Source of the DNA: Tubulanus polymorphus
Taxonomy: Eukaryota; Animalia; Nemertea
DNA: 64,000 nucleotides
Direction of reading: 5' to 3'
Assembly (NCBI RefSeq): GCF_964204645.1
Contig: NC_134029.1
Span: forward strand, 10,628,850 to 10,692,849
The notes below the pieces were generated by a model. That model searched no databases and was not told the DNA's origin. It was given only the letters and a program-made list of their open reading frames with translations. The position numbers were made by a program, and so were the translations under genes. Of this stretch, positions 62,726 to 64,000 are shown one piece after another; position 1 is the stretch's first letter; each line of letters begins with the position of its first letter.

Positions 62726-63086
62726 TTATTTATCAAAAAATTACTATCATCAAAATATTTAGTTATCTTATTTATGATTAATTCAACATTTATTTTATTA
62801 CTAGTTTCATTTGTATATATTTCAATTATTATTTTTTTAATATCATCGATGATAAAATCTTCATCTAATTCATAAAATCTTAAAGATTCTCTTATTAAAT
62901 TAGTAATCTTTTCTACATTTAAAGTTCTACATTTAAATCTATTGTTGTTTCATACTCAAATGTTGTTTCATTAGAAAATGCAATATTTTTAATATGTGTA
63001 ATTACATCAGTAATGTTAAATTTCATTTCTTTCTCACGTTTAAAATCAAATCCAAAACATATACTCGGTCCAACAGTTATATTCAT
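62726..63086 (-). pseudogene. Disrupted homolog of the 118-aa protein
   Basis: Homologous to 38691..39047 with a local duplication/indel at ~62910-62940. Confidence 0.75.
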
Positions 63087-63102
63087 TTATATAGGTGAAA
63101 AA

Positions 63103-63858
63103 TTACTCTTTACATCTTATAACTAATTCATATATCACAGGAAAGTTATTCAAATCAATTAAGTATCCATTATGATTTCTTATTTCTAATTTAAAATTAT
63201 TAAATTTAGGAATGCAAGGTTTAAAATCACATTCTGTTAAATTATAATTTATTTGAGTTCCAAATTGTTTAACATTTTTTAGCGGTAAAATATTTAGTAT
63301 ACTAGAACTACAAATTGTTTCTTTAGTTGCTTCGAAAGTTTTTGTAGGCTCGATTAAATTGCAATAAATATAAAAGTGCGTAAAAGGTATTATATTTGAG
63401 CTGCCTTCTGCGTTTCCAGTAACTGTAAGTGGTTTAATTCCTAACATTTTAGCCAGTGGTTTGTTTACCATAAATTTATGTTGTTCATTAGATATCTTTA
63501 TTCTTATTTTATTAGTACTATCAATTTTATTAAATTTAATTTCAAATACAGAAGTGCCCCCGATTTTCAACCGAGCTCTTCTATTAATTTCCTGTGCTAA
63601 TGATTCTAAATTATATAATCCTGGTTTTAAAAATATATGAAACCATTTATCTTTATTTCTCATATAAATCATAAACCCTCTATGTTCAAAAGTTTTATCC
63701 GATACATTGTAAAAAGAATTACATAAACTTATATTAACTAATTTTAAATCAACACAATTCTTAAATTCTCTGTCTAATTGTACTAATAAATTATGTGATT
63801 TATAATTTGTAAGTTTTCTAGAATCAACAAATATTCTGTATTCTTTTAATTCCACCAT
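63103..63858 (-). CDS. Probable minor capsid (penton, single jelly-roll) protein (251 aa), intact
   Basis: VDSR..., NSFYN, G.YN...L...IN, FYIYCNLI, LEIRNHNG..IDLN pattern typical of Polinton/PLV pentons. Confidence 0.7.
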   Translation of the reverse strand: MVELKEYRIFVDSRKLTNYKSHNLLVQLDREFKNCVDLKLVNISLCNSFYNVSDKTFEHRGFMIYMRNKDKWFHIFLKPGLYNLESLAQEINRRARLKIGGTSVFEIKFNKIDSTNKIRIKISNEQHKFMVNKPLAKMLGIKPLTVTGNAEGSSNIIPFTHFYIYCNLIEPTKTFEATKETICSSSILNILPLKNVKQFGTQINYNLTECDFKPCIPKFNNFKLEIRNHNGYLIDLNNFPVIYELVIRCKE

Positions 63859-63875
63859 TTATTTTACATATTTTC

Positions 63876-64000
63876 TTATTCGAAATCTATTTCATGGTGC
63901 CCTTTTTCATTCTTACCTTTATATACGAAATAGAAATCTCCAGAACATAATTCTTCTAGATCTTCACTTGATAATCTATGAAATCTATCTGGTAAATAAG
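63876..64000 (-). CDS. 3' end of the small conserved (SSB-like) protein, truncated by the window edge
   Basis: YLPDRFHRLSSEDLEELCSGDFYFVYKGKNEKGHHEIDFE*. Confidence 0.8.
   Translation of the reverse strand, partial: YLPDRFHRLSSEDLEELCSGDFYFVYKGKNEKGHHEIDFE

Larger units (their letters stand above)
50870..64000 (-). mobile_element. Polinton/Maverick copy B, inverted relative to copy A, extends beyond the window
   Basis: Same gene order mirrored: 200-aa gene, TM protein, INT, ATPase, ZnF, MCP ... penton. Confidence 0.92.

Noticed and set aside
37915-64000. Inverted duplication as an assembly artefact
   Set aside because: The copies differ by many substitutions, indels and non-alignable segments

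Overview
Animal (probably marine invertebrate) genomic DNA in two parts. Bases 1-26.8 kb are host sequence containing a complete 7-exon ribose-phosphate pyrophosphokinase gene (PRPS1-like, minus strand, 6340-24433, 318 aa). Its introns and flanks hold MITEs, a tRNA-derived SINE, LINE scraps, Helentron/HINE-like elements and tandem repeats. From about 26.9 kb to the window end lies a very AT-rich endogenous Polinton/Maverick (adintovirus-like) locus made of two diverged copies in inverted orientation. Copy A (~26.9-50.5 kb) has pPolB, penton, capsid, ATPase and integrase genes, many of them frameshifted. Copy B (~50.9 kb to beyond 64 kb) has intact capsid, penton and ATPase but a broken integrase. 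A young, gag-only Ty3/Gypsy-like LTR element (31353-37589) is nested in a copy A gene. Most unusual signals: (1) nearly all Polinton structural genes start at a poxvirus late-promoter-like T-run/TAAATG motif while replication genes use TAAAATG, suggesting helper-virus-dependent transcription; (2) a 27-bp GC-rich palindromic mini-element is inserted in-frame, in the same frame, in three different viral genes and is polymorphic between copies; (3) seven covarying tRNA T-arm/B-box hairpins sit in the retrotransposon leader just after its PBS; (4) no maturation protease is recognisable, but there are many membrane proteins. Polinton termini (TIRs/TSD) could not be identified, so those boundaries are approximate.
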